NCBI GenBank assembly: GCA_964057225.1
Contig: OZ059898.1
Span: 19,344,001-19,408,000, forward strand
Origin: Auanema rhodensis
Taxonomy: Eukaryota > Animalia > Nematoda
Length of the DNA: 64,000 bases
Direction of reading: 5' to 3'
The notes under the pieces were generated by a model. That model worked only from the letters and a program-made list of their open reading frames with translations, was not told the origin of the DNA and did not search any database. A program made the translations under genes and the position numbers. Shown piece by piece: positions 12,101 to 27,000 of this stretch; the first letter of the stretch is position 1, and each line of letters opens with the position of its first letter.

Positions 12101-15100
12101 ATTTTGAAATTTTTCGAAAAAATTTTTGTCAAAATGTTTTTGGAAGCAATGTTGAGTGAACATGGAAACTCAACATACACTAATGCATCATTTTTCGAAC
12201 AATCATAACTAATTTTTGTATTAAGCGTTTCTCAATGTAGTATAGTGCATTTGATGCGGATTTTTAAGCTGCGTCGATCTGTGTTATCAGATTTGCGCTA
12301 ACTTAAAAATGCACCGAGATATCAACTGATATAAGTTCACACTTATATCCTCGATTTTCACCCTGAAGAATTAATTTTTTTGTTGAATAACATTGTCCAT
12401 CGTCTTTGCCTTGAAAAAAGGAATCTAAAAACATCTACTTTTTGCTAAATTATTTTGAAATTTTTCGAAAAAATTTTTGTCAAAATGTTTTTGGAAGCAA
12501 TGTTGAGTGAACATGGAAACTCAACATACACTAATGCATCATTTTTCGAACAATCATAACTAATTTTTGTATTAAGCGTTTCTCAATGTAGTATAGTGCA
12601 TTTGATGCGGATTTTTAAGCTGCGTCGATCTGTGTTATCAGATTTGCGCTAGCTTAAAAATGCACCGAGATATCAACTGATATAAGTTCACACTTATATC
12701 CTCGATTTTCACCCTGAAGAATTAATTTTTTCGTTGAATAACATTGTCCATCGTCTTTGCCTTGAAAAAAGGAATCTAAAAACATCTACTTTTTGCTAAA
12801 TTATTTTGAAATTTTTCGAAAAAATTTTTGTCAAAATGTTTTTGGAAGCAATGTTGAGTGAACATGGAAACTCAACATACACTAATGCATCATTTTTCGA
12901 ACAATCATAACTAATTTTTGTATTAAGCGTTTCTCAATGTAGTATAGTGCATTTGATGCGGATTTTTAAGCTGCGTCGATCTGTGTTATCAGATTTGCGC
13001 TAGCTTAAAAATGCACCGAGATATCAACTGATATAAGTTCACACTTATATCCTCGATTTTCACCCTGAAGAATTAATTTTTTTGTTGAATAACATTGTCC
13101 ATCGTCTTTGCCTTGAAAAAAGGAATCTAAAAACATCTACTTTTTGCTAAATTATTTTGAAATTTTTCGAAAAAATTTTTGTCAAAATGTTTTTGGAAGC
13201 AATGTTGAGTGAACATGGAAACTCAACATACACTAATGCATCATTTTTCGAACAATCATAACTAATTTTTGTATTAAGCGTTTCTCAATGTAGTATAGTG
13301 CATTTGATGCGGATTTTTAAGCTGCGTCGATCTGTGTTATCAGATTTGCGCTAGCTTAAAAATGCACCGAGATATCAACTGATATAAGTTCACACTTATA
13401 TCCTCGATTTTCACCCTGAAGAATTAATTTTTTTGTTGAATAACATTGTCCATCGTCTTTGCCTTGAAAAAAGGAATCTAAAAACATCTACTTTTTGCTA
13501 AATTATTTTGAAATTTTTCGAAAAAATTTTTGTCAAAATGTTTTTGGAAGCAATGTTGAGTGAACATGGAAACTCAACATACACTAATGCATCATTTTTC
13601 AAACGATCATAACTAATTTTTGTATTAAGCGTTTCTCAATGTAGTATAGTGCATTCGATGCGGATTTTTAAGCTGCGTCGATCTGTGTTATCAGATTTGC
13701 GCTAGCTTAAAAATGCACCGAGATATCAACTGATATAAGTTCACACTTATATCCTCGATTTTCACCCTGAAGAATTAATTTTTTCGTTGAATAACATTGT
13801 CCATCGTCTTTGCCTTGAAAAAAGGAATCTAAAAACATCTACTTTTTGCTAAATTATTTTGAAATTTTTCGAAAAAATTTTTGTCAAAATGTTTTTGGAA
13901 GCAATGTTGAGTGTACATGGAAACTCAACATACACTAATGCATCATTTTTCAAACGATCATAACTAATTTTTGTATTAAGCGTTTCTCAATGTAGTATAG
14001 TGCATTCGATGCGGATTTTTAAGCTGCGTCGATCTGTGTTATCAGATTTGCGCTAGCTTAAAAATGCACCGAGATATCAACTGATATAAGTTCACACTTA
14101 TATCCTCGATTTTCACCCTGAAGAATTATTTTTTTCGTTGAATAACATTGTCCATTGTCTTTGCCTTGAAAAAAGGAATCTAAAAACATCTACTTTTTGC
14201 TAAATTATTTTGAAATTTTTCGAAAAAATTTTTGTCAAAATGTTTTTGGAAGCAATGTTGAGTGAACATGGAAACTCAACATACACTAATGCATCATTTT
14301 TCGAACAATCATAACTAATTTTTGTATTAAGCGTTTCTCAATGTAGTATAGTGCATTTGATGCGGATTTTTAAGCTGCGTCGATCTGTGTTATCAGATTT
14401 GCGCTAGCTTAAAAATGCACCGAGATATCAACTGATATAAGTTCACACTTATATCCTCGATTTTCACCCTGAAGAATTAATTTTTTCGTTGAATAACATT
14501 GTCCATCGTCTTTGCCTTGAAAAAAGGAATCTAAAAACATCTACTTTTTGCTAAATTATTTTGAAATTTTTCGAAAAAATTTTTGTCAAAATGTTTTTGG
14601 AAGCAATGTTGAGTGAACATGGAAACTCAACATACACTAATGCATCATTTTTCGAACAATCATAACTAATTTTTGTATTAAGCGTTTCTCAATGTAGTAT
14701 AGTGCATTTGATGCGGATTTTTAAGCTGCGTCGATCTGTGTTATCAGATTTGCGCTAACTTAAAAATGCACCGAGATATCAACTGATATAAGTTCACACT
14801 TATATCCTCGATTTTCACCCTGAAGAATTAATTTTTTTGTTGAATAACATTGTCCATCGTCTTTGCCTTGAAAAAAGGAATCTAAAAACATCTACTTTTT
14901 GCTAAATTATTTTGAAATTTTTCGAAAAAATTTTTGTCAAAATGTTTTTGGAAGCAATGTTGAGTGAACATGGAAACTCAACATACACTAATGCATCATT
15001 TTTCGAACAATCATAACTAATTTTTGTATTAAGCGTTTCTCAATGTAGTATAGTGCATTTGATGCGGATTTTTAAGCTGCGTCGATCTGTGTTATCAGAT

Positions 15101-15795
15101 TTGCGCTAGCTTAAAAATGCACCGAGATATCAACTGATATAAGTTCACACTTATATCCTCGATTTTCACCCTGAAGAATTAATTTTTTCGTTGAATAACA
15201 TTGTCCATCGTCTTTGCCTTGAAAAAAGGAATCTAAAAACATCTACTTTTTGCTAAATTATTTTGAAATTTTTCGAAAAAATTTTTGTCAAAATGTTTTT
15301 GGAAGCAATGTTGAGTGAACATGGAAACTCAACATACACTAATGCATCATTTTTCGAACAATCATAACTAATTTTTGTATTAAGCGTTTCTCAATGTAGT
15401 ATAGTGCATTTGATGCGGATTTTTAAGCTGCGTCGATCTGTGTTATCAGATTTGCGCTAGCTTAAAAATGCACCGAGATATCAACTGATATAAGTTCACA
15501 CTTATATCCTCGATTTTCACCCTGAAGAATTAATTTTTTTGTTGAATAACATTGTCCATCGTCTTTGCCTTGAAAAAAGGAATCTAAAAACATCTACTTT
15601 TTGCTAAATTATTTTGAAATTTTTCGAAAAAATTTTTGTCAAAATGTTTTTGGAAGCAATGTTGAGTGAACATGGAAACTCAACATACACTAATGCATCA
15701 TTTTTCGAACAATCATAACTAATTTTTGTATTAAGCGTTTCTCAATGTAGTATAGTGCATTTGATGCGGATTTTTAAGCTGCGTCGATCTGTGTT
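9127..15795. repeat. 7-monomer higher-order unit, about 2.7 copies (M27-M45)
   Basis: p16A at 9844, 12301 and 14758; p116T at 11699 and 14156; p89T in M27, M34, M41; p225T in M33 and M40. Confidence 0.9.
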
Positions 15796-17901
15796 ATCAG
15801 ATTTGCGCTAGCTTAAAAATGCACCGAGATATCAACTGATATAAGTTCACACTTATATCCTCGATTTTCACCCTGAAGAATTAATTTTTTCGTTGAATAA
15901 CATTGTCCATCGTCTTTGCCTTGAAAAAAGGAATCTAAAAACATCTACTTTTTGCTAAATTATTTTGAAATTTTTCGAAAAAATTTTTGTCAAAATGTTT
16001 TTGGAAGCAATGTTGAGTGTACATGGAAACTCAACATACACTAATGCATCATTTTTCAAACGATCATAACTAATTTTTGTATTAAGCGTTTCTCATTGTA
16101 GTATAGTGCATTCGATGCGGATTTTTAAGCTGCATCGATCTGTGTTATCAGATTTGCGCTAGCTTAAAAATGCACCGAGATATCAACTGATATAAGTTCA
16201 CACTTATATCCTCGATTTTCACCCTGAAGAATTAATTTTTTCGTTGAATAACATTGTCCATCGTCTTTGCCTTGAAAAAAGGAATCTAAAAACATCTACT
16301 TTTTGCTAAATTATTTTGAAATTTTTCGAAAAAATTTTTGTCAAAATGTTTTTGGAAGCAATGTTGAGTGAACATGGAAACTCAACATACACTAATGCAT
16401 CATTTTTCGAACAATCATAACTAATTTTTGTATTAAGCGTTTCTCAATGTAGTATAGTGCATTTGATGCGGATTTTTAAGCTGCGTCGATCTGTGTTATC
16501 AGATTTGCGCTAGCTTAAAAATGCACCGAGATATCAACTGATATAAGTTCACACTTATATCCTCGATTTTCACCCTGAAGAATTAATTTTTTCGTTGAAT
16601 AACATTGTCCATCGTCTTTGCCTTGAAAAAAGGAATCTAAAAACATCTACTTTTTGCTAAATTATTTTGAAATTTTTCGAAAAAATTTTTGTCAAAATGT
16701 TTTTGGAAGCAATGTTGAGTGAACATGGAAACTCAACATACACTAATGCATCATTTTTCGAACAATCATAACTAATTTTTGTATTAAGCGTTTCTCAATG
16801 TAGTATAGTGCATTTGATGCGGATTTTTAAGCTGCGTCGATCTGTGTTATCAGATTTGCGCTAGCTTAAAAATGCACCGAGATATCAACTGATATAAGTT
16901 CACACTTATATCCTCGATTTTCACCCTGAAGAATTAATTTTTTTGTTGAATAACATTGTCCATCGTCTTTGCCTTGAAAAAAGGAATCTAAAAACATCTA
17001 CTTTTTGCTAAATTATTTTGAAATTTTTCGAAAAAATTTTTGTCAAAATGTTTTTGGAAGCAATGTTGAGTGAACATGGAAACTCAACATACACTAATGC
17101 ATCATTTTTCGAACAATCATAACTAATTTTTGTATTAAGCGTTTCTCAATGTAGTATAGTGCATTTGATGCGGATTTTTAAGCTGCGTCGATCTGTGTTA
17201 TCAGATTTGCGCTAGCTTAAAAATGCACCGAGATATCAACTGATATAAGTTCACACTTATATCCTCGATTTTCACCCTGAAGAATTAATTTTTTCGTTGA
17301 ATAACATTGTCCATCGTCTTTGCCTTGAAAAAAGGAATCTAAAAACATCTACTTTTTGCTAAATTATTTTGAAATTTTTCGAAAAAATTTTTGTCAAAAT
17401 GTTTTTGGAAGCAATGTTGAGTGTACATGGAAACTCAACATACACTAATGCATCATTTTTCAAACGATCATAACTAATTTTTGTATTAAGCGTTTCTCAT
17501 TGTAGTATAGTGCATTCGATGCGGATTTTTAAGCTGCATCGATCTGTGTTATCAGATTTGCGCTAGCTTAAAAATGCACCGAGATATCAACTGATATAAG
17601 TTCACACTTATATCCTCGATTTTCACCCTGAAGAATTAATTTTTTCGTTGAATAACATTGTCCATCGTCTTTGCCTTGAAAAAAGGAATCTAAAAACATC
17701 TACTTTTTGCTAAATTATTTTGAAATTTTTCGAAAAAATTTTTGTCAAAATGTTTTTGGAAGCAATGTTGAGTGAACATGGAAACTCAACATACACTAAT
17801 GCATCATTTTTCGAACAATCATAACTAATTTTTGTATTAAGCGTTTCTCAATGTAGTATAGTGCATTTGATGCGGATTTTTAAGCTGCGTCGATCTGTGT
17901 T
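15094..17901. repeat. Tandem duplication of a 4-monomer unit, M44-47 = M48-51
   Basis: p225T/p301T/p339A monomer at M46 and M50 (p339A at 16134 and 17538); same p96 C,T,C,C pattern. Confidence 0.8.
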
Positions 17902-20900
17902 ATCAGATTTGCGCTAGCTTAAAAATGCACCGAGATATCAACTGATATAAGTTCACACTTATATCCTCGATTTTCACCCTGAAGAATTAATTTTTTCGTT
18001 GAATAACATTGTCCATCGTCTTTGCCTTGAAAAAAGGAATCTAAAAACATCTACTTTTTGCTAAATTATTTTGAAATTTTTCGAAAAAATTTTTGTCAAA
18101 ATGTTTTTGGAAGCAATGTTGAGTGAACATGGAAACTCAACATACACTAATGCATCATTTTTCAAACGATCATAACTAATTTTTGTATTAAGCGTTTCTC
18201 ATTGTAGTATAGTGCATTCGATGCGGATTTTTAAGCTGCATCGATCTGTGTTATCAGATTTGCGCTAGCTTAAAAATGCACCGAGATATCAACTGATATA
18301 AGTTCACACTTATATCCTCGATTTTCACCCTGAAGAATTAATTTTTTCGTTGAATAACATTGTCCATCGTCTTTGCCTTGAAAAAAGGAATCTAAAAACA
18401 TCTACTTTTTGCTAAATTATTTTGAAATTTTTCGAAAAAATTTTTGTCAAAATGTTTTTGGAAGCAATGTTGAGTGTACATGGAAACTCAACATACACTA
18501 ATGCATCATTTTTCAAACGATCATAACTAATTTTTGTATTAAGCGTTTCTCATTGTAGTATAGTGCATTCGATGCGGATTTTTAAGCTGCATCGATCTGT
18601 GTTATCAGATTTGCGCTAGCTTAAAAATGCACCGAGATATCAACTGATATAAGTTCACACTTATATCCTCGATTTTCACCCTGAAGAATTAATTTTTTCG
18701 TTGAATAACATTGTCCATCGTCTTTGCCTTGAAAAAAGGAATCTAAAAACATCTACTTTTTGCTAAATTATTTTGAAATTTTTCGAAAAAATTTTTGTCA
18801 AAATGTTTTTGGAAGCAATGTTGAGTGAACATGGAAACTCAACATACACTAATGCATCATTTTTCGAACAATCATAACTAATTTTTGTATTAAGCGTTTC
18901 TCAATGTAGTATAGTGCATTTGATGCGGATTTTTAAGCTGCGTCGATCTGTGTTATCAGATTTGCGCTAGCTTAAAAATGCACCGAGATATCAACTGATA
19001 TAAGTTCACACTTATATCCTCGATTTTCACCCTGAAGAATTATTTTTTTTGTTGAATAACATTGTCCATCGTCTTTGCCTTGAAAAAAGGAATCTAAAAA
19101 CATCTACTTTTTGCTAAATTATTTTGAAATTTTTCGAAAAAATTTTTGTCAAAATGTTTTTGGAAGCAATGTTGAGTGAACATGGAAACTCAACATACAC
19201 TAATGCATCATTTTTCAAACGATCATAACTAATTTTTGTATTAAGCGTTTCTCAATGTAGTATAGTGCATTCGATGCGGATTTTTAAGCTGCGTCGATCT
19301 GTGTTATCAGATTTGCGCTAGCTTAAAAATGCACCGAGATATCAACTGATATAAGTTCACACTTATATCCTCGATTTTCACCCTGAAGAATTATTTTTTT
19401 CGTTGAATAACATTGTCCATCGTCTTTGCCTTGAAAAAAGGAATCTAAAAACATCTACTTTTTGCTAAATTATTTTGAAATTTTTCGAAAAAATTTTTGT
19501 CAAAATGTTTTTGGAAGCAATGTTGAGTGAACATGGAAACTCAACATACACTAATGCATCATTTTTCGAACAATCATAACTAATTTTTGTATTAAGCGTT
19601 TCTCAATGTAGTATAGTGCATTTGATGCGGATTTTTAAGCTGCTTCGATCTGTGTTATCAGATTTGCGCTAGCTTAAAAATGCACCGAGATATCAACTGA
19701 TATAAGTTCACACTTATATCCTCGATTTTCACCCTGAAGAATTAATTTTTTCGTTGAATAACATTGTCCATCGTCTTTGCCTTGAAAAAAGGAATCTAAA
19801 AACATCTACTTTTTGCTAAATTATTTTGAAATTTTTCGAAAAAATTTTTGTCAAAATGTTTTTGGAAGCAATGTTGAGTGAACATGGAAACTCAACATAC
19901 ACTAATGCATCATTTTTCGAACAATCATAACTAATTTTTGTATTAAGCGTTTCTCAATGTAGTATAGTGCATTTGATGCGGATTTTTAAGCTGCGTCGAT
20001 CTGTGTTATCAGATTTGCGCTAGCTTAAAAATGCACCGAGATATCAACTGATATAAGTTCACACTTATATCCTCGATTTTCACCCTGAAGAATTAATTTT
20101 TTTGTTGAATAACATTGTCCATCGTCTTTGCCTTGAAAAAAGGAATCTAAAAACATCTACTTTTTGCTAAATTATTTTGAAATTTTTCGAAAAAATTTTT
20201 GTCAAAATGTTTTTGGAAGCAATGTTGAGTGAACATGGAAACTCAACATACACTAATGCATCATTTTTCGAACAATCATAACTAATTTTTGTATTAAGCG
20301 TTTCTCAATGTAGTATAGTGCATTTGATGCGGATTTTTAAGCTGCGTCGATCTGTGTTATCAGATTTGCGCTAGCTTAAAAATGCACCGAGATATCAACT
20401 GATATAAGTTCACACTTATATCCTCGATTTTCACCCTGAAGAATTAATTTTTTCGTTGAATAACATTGTCCATCGTCTTTGCCTTGAAAAAAGGAATCTA
20501 AAAACATCTACTTTTTGCTAAATTATTTTGAAATTTTTCGAAAAAATTTTTGTCAAAATGTTTTTGGAAGCAATGTTGAGTGAACATGGAAACTCAACAT
20601 ACACTAATGCATCATTTTTCGAACAATCATAACTAATTTTTGTATTAAGCGTTTCTCAATGTAGTATAGTGCATTTGATGCGGATTTTTAAGCTGCGTCG
20701 ATCTGTGTTATCAGATTTGCGCTAGCTTAAAAATGCACCGAGATATCAACTGATATAAGTTCACACTTATATCCTCAATTTTCACCCTGAAGAATTAATT
20801 TTTTTGTTGAATAACATTGTCCATCGTCTTTGCCTTGAAAAAAGGAATCTAAAAACATCTACTTTTTGCTAAATTATTTTGAAATTTTTCGAAAAAATTT

Positions 20901-21060
20901 TTGTCAAAATGTTTTTGGAAGCAATGTTGAGTGAACATGGAAACTCAACATACACTAATGCATCATTTTTCGAACAATCATAACTAATTTTTGTATTAAG
21001 CGTTTCTCAATGTAGTATAGTGCATTTGATGCGGATTTTTAAGCTGCGTCGATCTGTGTT

Positions 21061-24000
21061 ATCAGATTTGCGCTAGCTTAAAAATGCACCGAGATATCAA
21101 CTGATATAAGTTCACACTTATATCCTCGATTTTCACCCTGAAGAATTAATTTTTTTGTTGAATAACATTGTCCATCGTCTTTGCCTTGAAAAAAGGAATC
21201 TAAAAACATCTACTTTTTGCTAAATTATTTTGAAATTTTTCGAAAAAATTTTTGTCAAAATGTTTTTGGAAGCAATGTTGAGTGTACATGGAAACTCAAC
21301 ATACACTAATGCATCATTTTTCAAACGATCATAACTAATTTTTGTATTAAGCGTTTCTCATTGTAGTATAGTGCATTCGATGCGGATTTTTAAGCTGCAT
21401 CGATCTGTGTTATCAGATTTGCGCTAGCTTAAAAATGCACCGAGATATCAACTGATATAAGTTCACACTTATATCCTCGATTTTCACCCTGAAGAATTAA
21501 TTTTTTCGTTGAATAACATTGTCCATCGTCTTTGCCTTGAAAAAAGGAATCTAAAAACATCTACTTTTTGCTAAATTATTTTGAAATTTTTCGAAAAAAT
21601 TTTTGTCAAAATGTTTTTGGAAGCAATGTTGAGTGTACATGGAAACTCAACATACACTAATGCATCATTTTTCAAACGATCATAACAAATTTTTGTATTA
21701 AGCGTTTCTCAATGTAGTATAGTGCATTCGATGCGGATTTTTAAGCTGCGTCGATCTGTGTTATCAGATTTGCGCTAGCTTAAAAATGCACCGAGATATC
21801 AACTGATATAAGTTCACACTTATATCCTCGATTTTCACCCTGAAGAATTATTTTTTTCGTTGAATAACATTGTCCATCGTCTTTGCCTTAAAAAAAGGAA
21901 TCTAAAAACATCTACTTTTTGCTAAATTATTTTGAAATTTTTCGAAAAAATTTTTGTCAAAATGTTTTTGGAAGCAATGTTGAGTGAACATGGAAACTCA
22001 ACATACACTAATGCATCATTTTTCGAACAATCATAACTAATTTTTGTATTAAGCGTTTCTCATTGTAGTATAGTGCATTCGATGCGGATTTTTAAGCTGC
22101 GTCGATCTGTGTTATCAGATTTGCGCTAGCTTAAAAATGCACCGAGATATCAACTGATATAAGTTCACACTTATATCCTCGATTTTCACCCTGAAGAATT
22201 AATTTTTTTGTTGAATAACATTGTCCATCGTCTTTGCCTTGAAAAAAGGAATCTAAAAACATCTACTTTTTGCTAAATTATTTTGAAATTTTTCGAAAAA
22301 ATTTTTGTCAAAATGTTTTTGGAAGCAAAGTTGAGTGTACATGGAAACTCAACATACACTAATGCATCATTTTTCAAACGATCATAACAAATTTTTGTAT
22401 TAAGCGTTTCTCAATGTAGTATAGTGCATTCGATGCGGATTTTTAAGCTGCGTCGATCTGTGTTATCAGATTTGCGCTAGCTTAAAAATGCACCGAGATA
22501 TCAACTGATATAAGTTCACACTTATATCCTCGATTTTCACCCTGAAGAATTATTTTTTTCGTTGAATAACATTGTCCATCGTCTTTGCCTTAAAAAAAGG
22601 AATCTAAAAACATCTACTTTTTGCTAAATTATTTTGAAATTTTTCGAAAAAATTTTTGTCAAAATGTTTTTGGAAGCAATGTTGAGTGAACATGGAAACT
22701 CAACATACACTAATGCATCATTTTTCGAACAATCATAACTAATTTTTGTATTAAGCGTTTCTCAATGTAGTATAGTGCATTTGATGCGGATTTTTAAGCT
22801 GCGTCGATCTGTGTTATCAGATTTGCGCTAGCTTAAAAATGCACCGAGATATCAACTGATATAAGTTCACACTTATATCCTCGATTTTCACCCTGAAGAA
22901 TTAATTTTTTCGTTGAATAACATTGTCCATCGTCTTTGCCTTGAAAAAAGGAATCTAAAAACATCTACTTTTTGCTAAATTATTTTGAAATTTTTCGAAA
23001 AAATTTTTGTCAAAATGTTTTTGGAAGCAATGTTGAGTGTACATGGAAACTCAACATACACTAATGCATCATTTTTCAAACGATCATAACAAATTTTTGT
23101 ATTAAGCGTTTCTCAATGTAGTACAGTGCATTCGATGCGGATTTTTAAGCTGCGTCGATCTGTGTTATCAGATTTGCGCTAGCTTAAAAATGCACCGAGA
23201 TATCAACTGATATAAGTTCACACTTATATCCTCGATTTTCACCCTGAAGAATTATTTTTTTCGTTGAATAACATTGTCCATCGTCTTTGCCTTAAAAAAA
23301 GGAATCTAAAAACATCTACTTTTTGCTAAATTATTTTGAAATTTTTCGAAAAAATTTTTGTCAAAATGTTTTTGGAAGCAATGTTGAGTGAACATGGAAA
23401 CTCAACATACACTAATGCATCTATTTTCGAACAATCATAACTAATTTTTGTATTAAGCGTTTCTCAATGTAGTATAGTGCATTTGATGCGGATTTTTAAG
23501 CTGCGTCGATCTGTGTTATCAGATTTGCGCTAGCTTAAAAATGCACCGAGATATCAACTGATATAAGTTCACACTTATATCCTCGATTTTCACCTTGAAG
23601 AATTAATTTTTTCGTTGAATAACATTGTCCATCGTCTTTGCCTTGAAAAAAGGAATCTAAAAACATCTACTTTTTGCTAAATTATTTTGAAATTTTTCGA
23701 AAAAATTTTTGTCAAAATGTTTTTGGAAGCAATGTTGAGTGTACATGGAAACTCAACATACACTAATGCATCATTTTTCAAACGATCATAACTAATTTTT
23801 GTATTAAGCGTTTCTCAATGTAGTATAATGCATTCGATGCGGATTTTTAAGCTGCGTCGATCTGTGTTATCAGATTTGCGCTAGCTTAAAAATGCACCGA
23901 GATATCAACTGATATAAGTTCACACTTATATCCTCGATTTTCACCCTGAAGAATAATTTTTTTCGTTGAATAACATTGTCCATCGTCTTTGCCTTGAAAA

Positions 24001-27000
24001 AAGGAATCTAAAAACATCTACTTTTTGCTAAATTATTTTGAAATTTTTCGAAAAAATTTTTGTCAAAATGTTTTTGGAAGCAATGTTGAGTGTACATGGA
24101 AACTCAACATACACTAATGCATCATTTTTCAAACGATCATAACTAATTTTTGTATTAAGCGTTTCTCAATGTAGTATAGTGCATTCGATGCGGATTTTTA
24201 AGCTGCGTCGATCTGTGTTATCAGATTTGCGCTAGCTTAAAAATGCACCGAGATATCAACTGATATAAGTTCACACTTATATCCTCGATTTTCACCCTGA
24301 AGAATTATTTTTTTCGTTGAATAACATTGTCCATCGTCTTTGCCTTGAAAAAAGGAATTTAAAAACATCTACTTTTTGCTAAATTATTTTGAAATTTTTC
24401 GAAAAAATTTTTGTCAAAATGTTTTTGGAAGCAATGTTGAGTGTACATGGAAACTCAACATACACTAATGCATCATTTTTCAAACGATCATAACTAATTT
24501 TTGTATTAAGCGTTTCTCAATGTAGTATAGTGCATTTGATGCGGATTTTTAAGCTGCGTCGATCTGTGTTATCAGATTTGCGCTAGCTTAAAAATGCACC
24601 GAGATATCAACTGATATAAGTTCACACTTATATCCTCGATTTTCACCCTGAAGAATTATTTTTTTCGTTGAATAACATTGTCCATCGTCTTTGCCTTGAA
24701 AAAAGGAATCTAAAAACATCTACTTTTTGCTAAATTATTTTGAAATTTTTCGAAAAAATTTTTGTCAAAATGTTTTTGGAAGCAATGTTGAGTGTACATG
24801 GAAACTCAACATACACTAATGCATCATTTTTCAAACAATCATAACTAATTTTTGTATTAAGCGTTTCTCAATGTAGTATAGTGCATTCGATGCGGATTTT
24901 TAAGCTGCGTCGATCTGTGTTATCAGATTTGCGCTAGCTTAAAAATGCACCGAGATATCAACTGATATAAGTTCACACTTATATCCTCGATTTTCACCCT
25001 GAAGAATTATTTTTTTCGTTGAATAACATTGTCCATCGTCTTTGCCTTGAAAAAAGGAATCTAAAAACATCTACTTTTTGCTAAATTATTTTGAAATTTT
25101 TCGAAAAAATTTTTGTCAAAATGTTTTTGGAAGCAATGTTGAGTGTACATGGAAACTCAACATACACTAATGCATCATTTTTCAAACGATCATAACAAAT
25201 TTTTGTATTAAGCGTTTCTCAATGTAGTATAGTGCATTCGATGCGGATTTTTAAGCTGCGTCGATCTGTGTTATCAGATTTGCGCTAGCTTAAAAATGCA
25301 CCGAGATATCAACTGATATAAGTTCACACTTATATCCTCGATTTTCACCCTGAAGAATTATTTTTTTCGTTGAATAACATTGTCCATCGTCTTTGCCTTA
25401 AAAAAAGGAATCTAAAAACATCTACTTTTTGCTAAATTATTTTGAAATTTTTCGAAAAAATTTTTGTCAAAATGTTTTTGGAAGCAATGTTGAGTGTACA
25501 TGGAAACTCAACATACACTAATGCATCATTTTTCAAACGATCATAACAAATTTTTGTATTAAGCGTTTCTCAATGTAGTATAGTGCATTCGATGCGGATT
25601 TTTAAGCTGCGTCGATCTGTGTTATCAGATTTGCGCTAGCTTAAAAATGCACCGAGATATCAACTGATATAAGTTCACACTTATATCCTCGATTTTCACC
25701 CTGAAGAATTATTTTTTTCGTTGAATAACATTGTCCATCGTCTTTGCCTTAAAAAAAGGAATCTAAAAACATCTACTTTTTGCTAAATTATTTTGAAATT
25801 TTTCGAAAAAATTTTTGTCAAAATGTTTTTGGAAGCAATGTTGAGTGAACATGGAAACTCAACATACACTAATGCATCATTTTTCGAACAATCATAACTA
25901 ATTTTTGTATTAAGCGTTTCTCAATGTAGTATAGTGCATTTGATGCGGATTTTTAAGCTGCGTCGATCTGTGTTATCAGATTTGCGCTAGCTTAAAAATG
26001 CACCGAGATATCAACTGATATAAGTTCACACTTATATCCTCGATTTTCACCCTGAAGAATTAATTTTTTCGTTGAATAACATTGTCCATCGTCTTTGCCT
26101 TGAAAAAAGGAATCTAAAAACATCTACTTTTTGCTAAATTATTTTGAAATTTTTCGAAAAAATTTTTGTCAAAATGTTTTTGGAAGCAATGTTGAGTGTA
26201 CATGGAAACTCAACATACACTAATGCATCATTTTTCAAACGATCATAACTAATTTTTGTATTAAGCGTTTCTCAATGTAGTATAGTGCATTCGATGCGGA
26301 TTTTTAAGCTGCGTCGATCTGTGTTATCAGATTTGCGCTAGCTTAAAAATGCACCGAGATATCAACTGATATAAGTTCACACTTATATCCTCGATTTCCA
26401 CCCTGAAGAATTATTTTTTTCGTTGAATAACATTGTCCATCGTCTTTGCCTTGAAAAAAGGAATTTAAAAACATCTACTTTTTGCTAAATTATTTTGAAA
26501 TTTTTCGAAAAAATTTTTGTCAAAATGTTTTTGGAAGCAATGTTGAGTGTACATGGAAACTCAACATACACTAATGCATCATTTTTCAAACGATCATAAC
26601 TAATTTTTGTATTAAGCGTTTCTCAATGTAGTATAGTGCATTTGATGCGGATTTTTAAGCTGCGTCGATCTGTGTTATCAGATTTGCGCTAGCTTAAAAA
26701 TGCACCGAGATATCAACTGATATAAGTTCACACTTATATCCTCGATTTTCACCCTGAAGAATTATTTTTTTCGTTGAATAACATTGTCCATCGTCTTTGC
26801 CTTGAAAAAAGGAATCTAAAAACATCTACTTTTTGCTAAATTATTTTGAAATTTTTCGAAAAAATTTTTGTCAAAATGTTTTTGGAAGCAATGTTGAGTG
26901 TACATGGAAACTCAACATACACTAATGCATCATTTTTCAAACAATCATAACTAATTTTTGTATTAAGCGTTTCTCAATGTAGTATAGTGCATTCGATGCG

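Larger units (their letters stand above)
1..21060. repeat. Haplotype domain A (M1-M60)
   Basis: Most monomers carry p225A (GTGAAC), p263G/p267A (TTCGAACAAT), p318T and p89A; p96 alternates C/T; few private variants. Confidence 0.85.
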
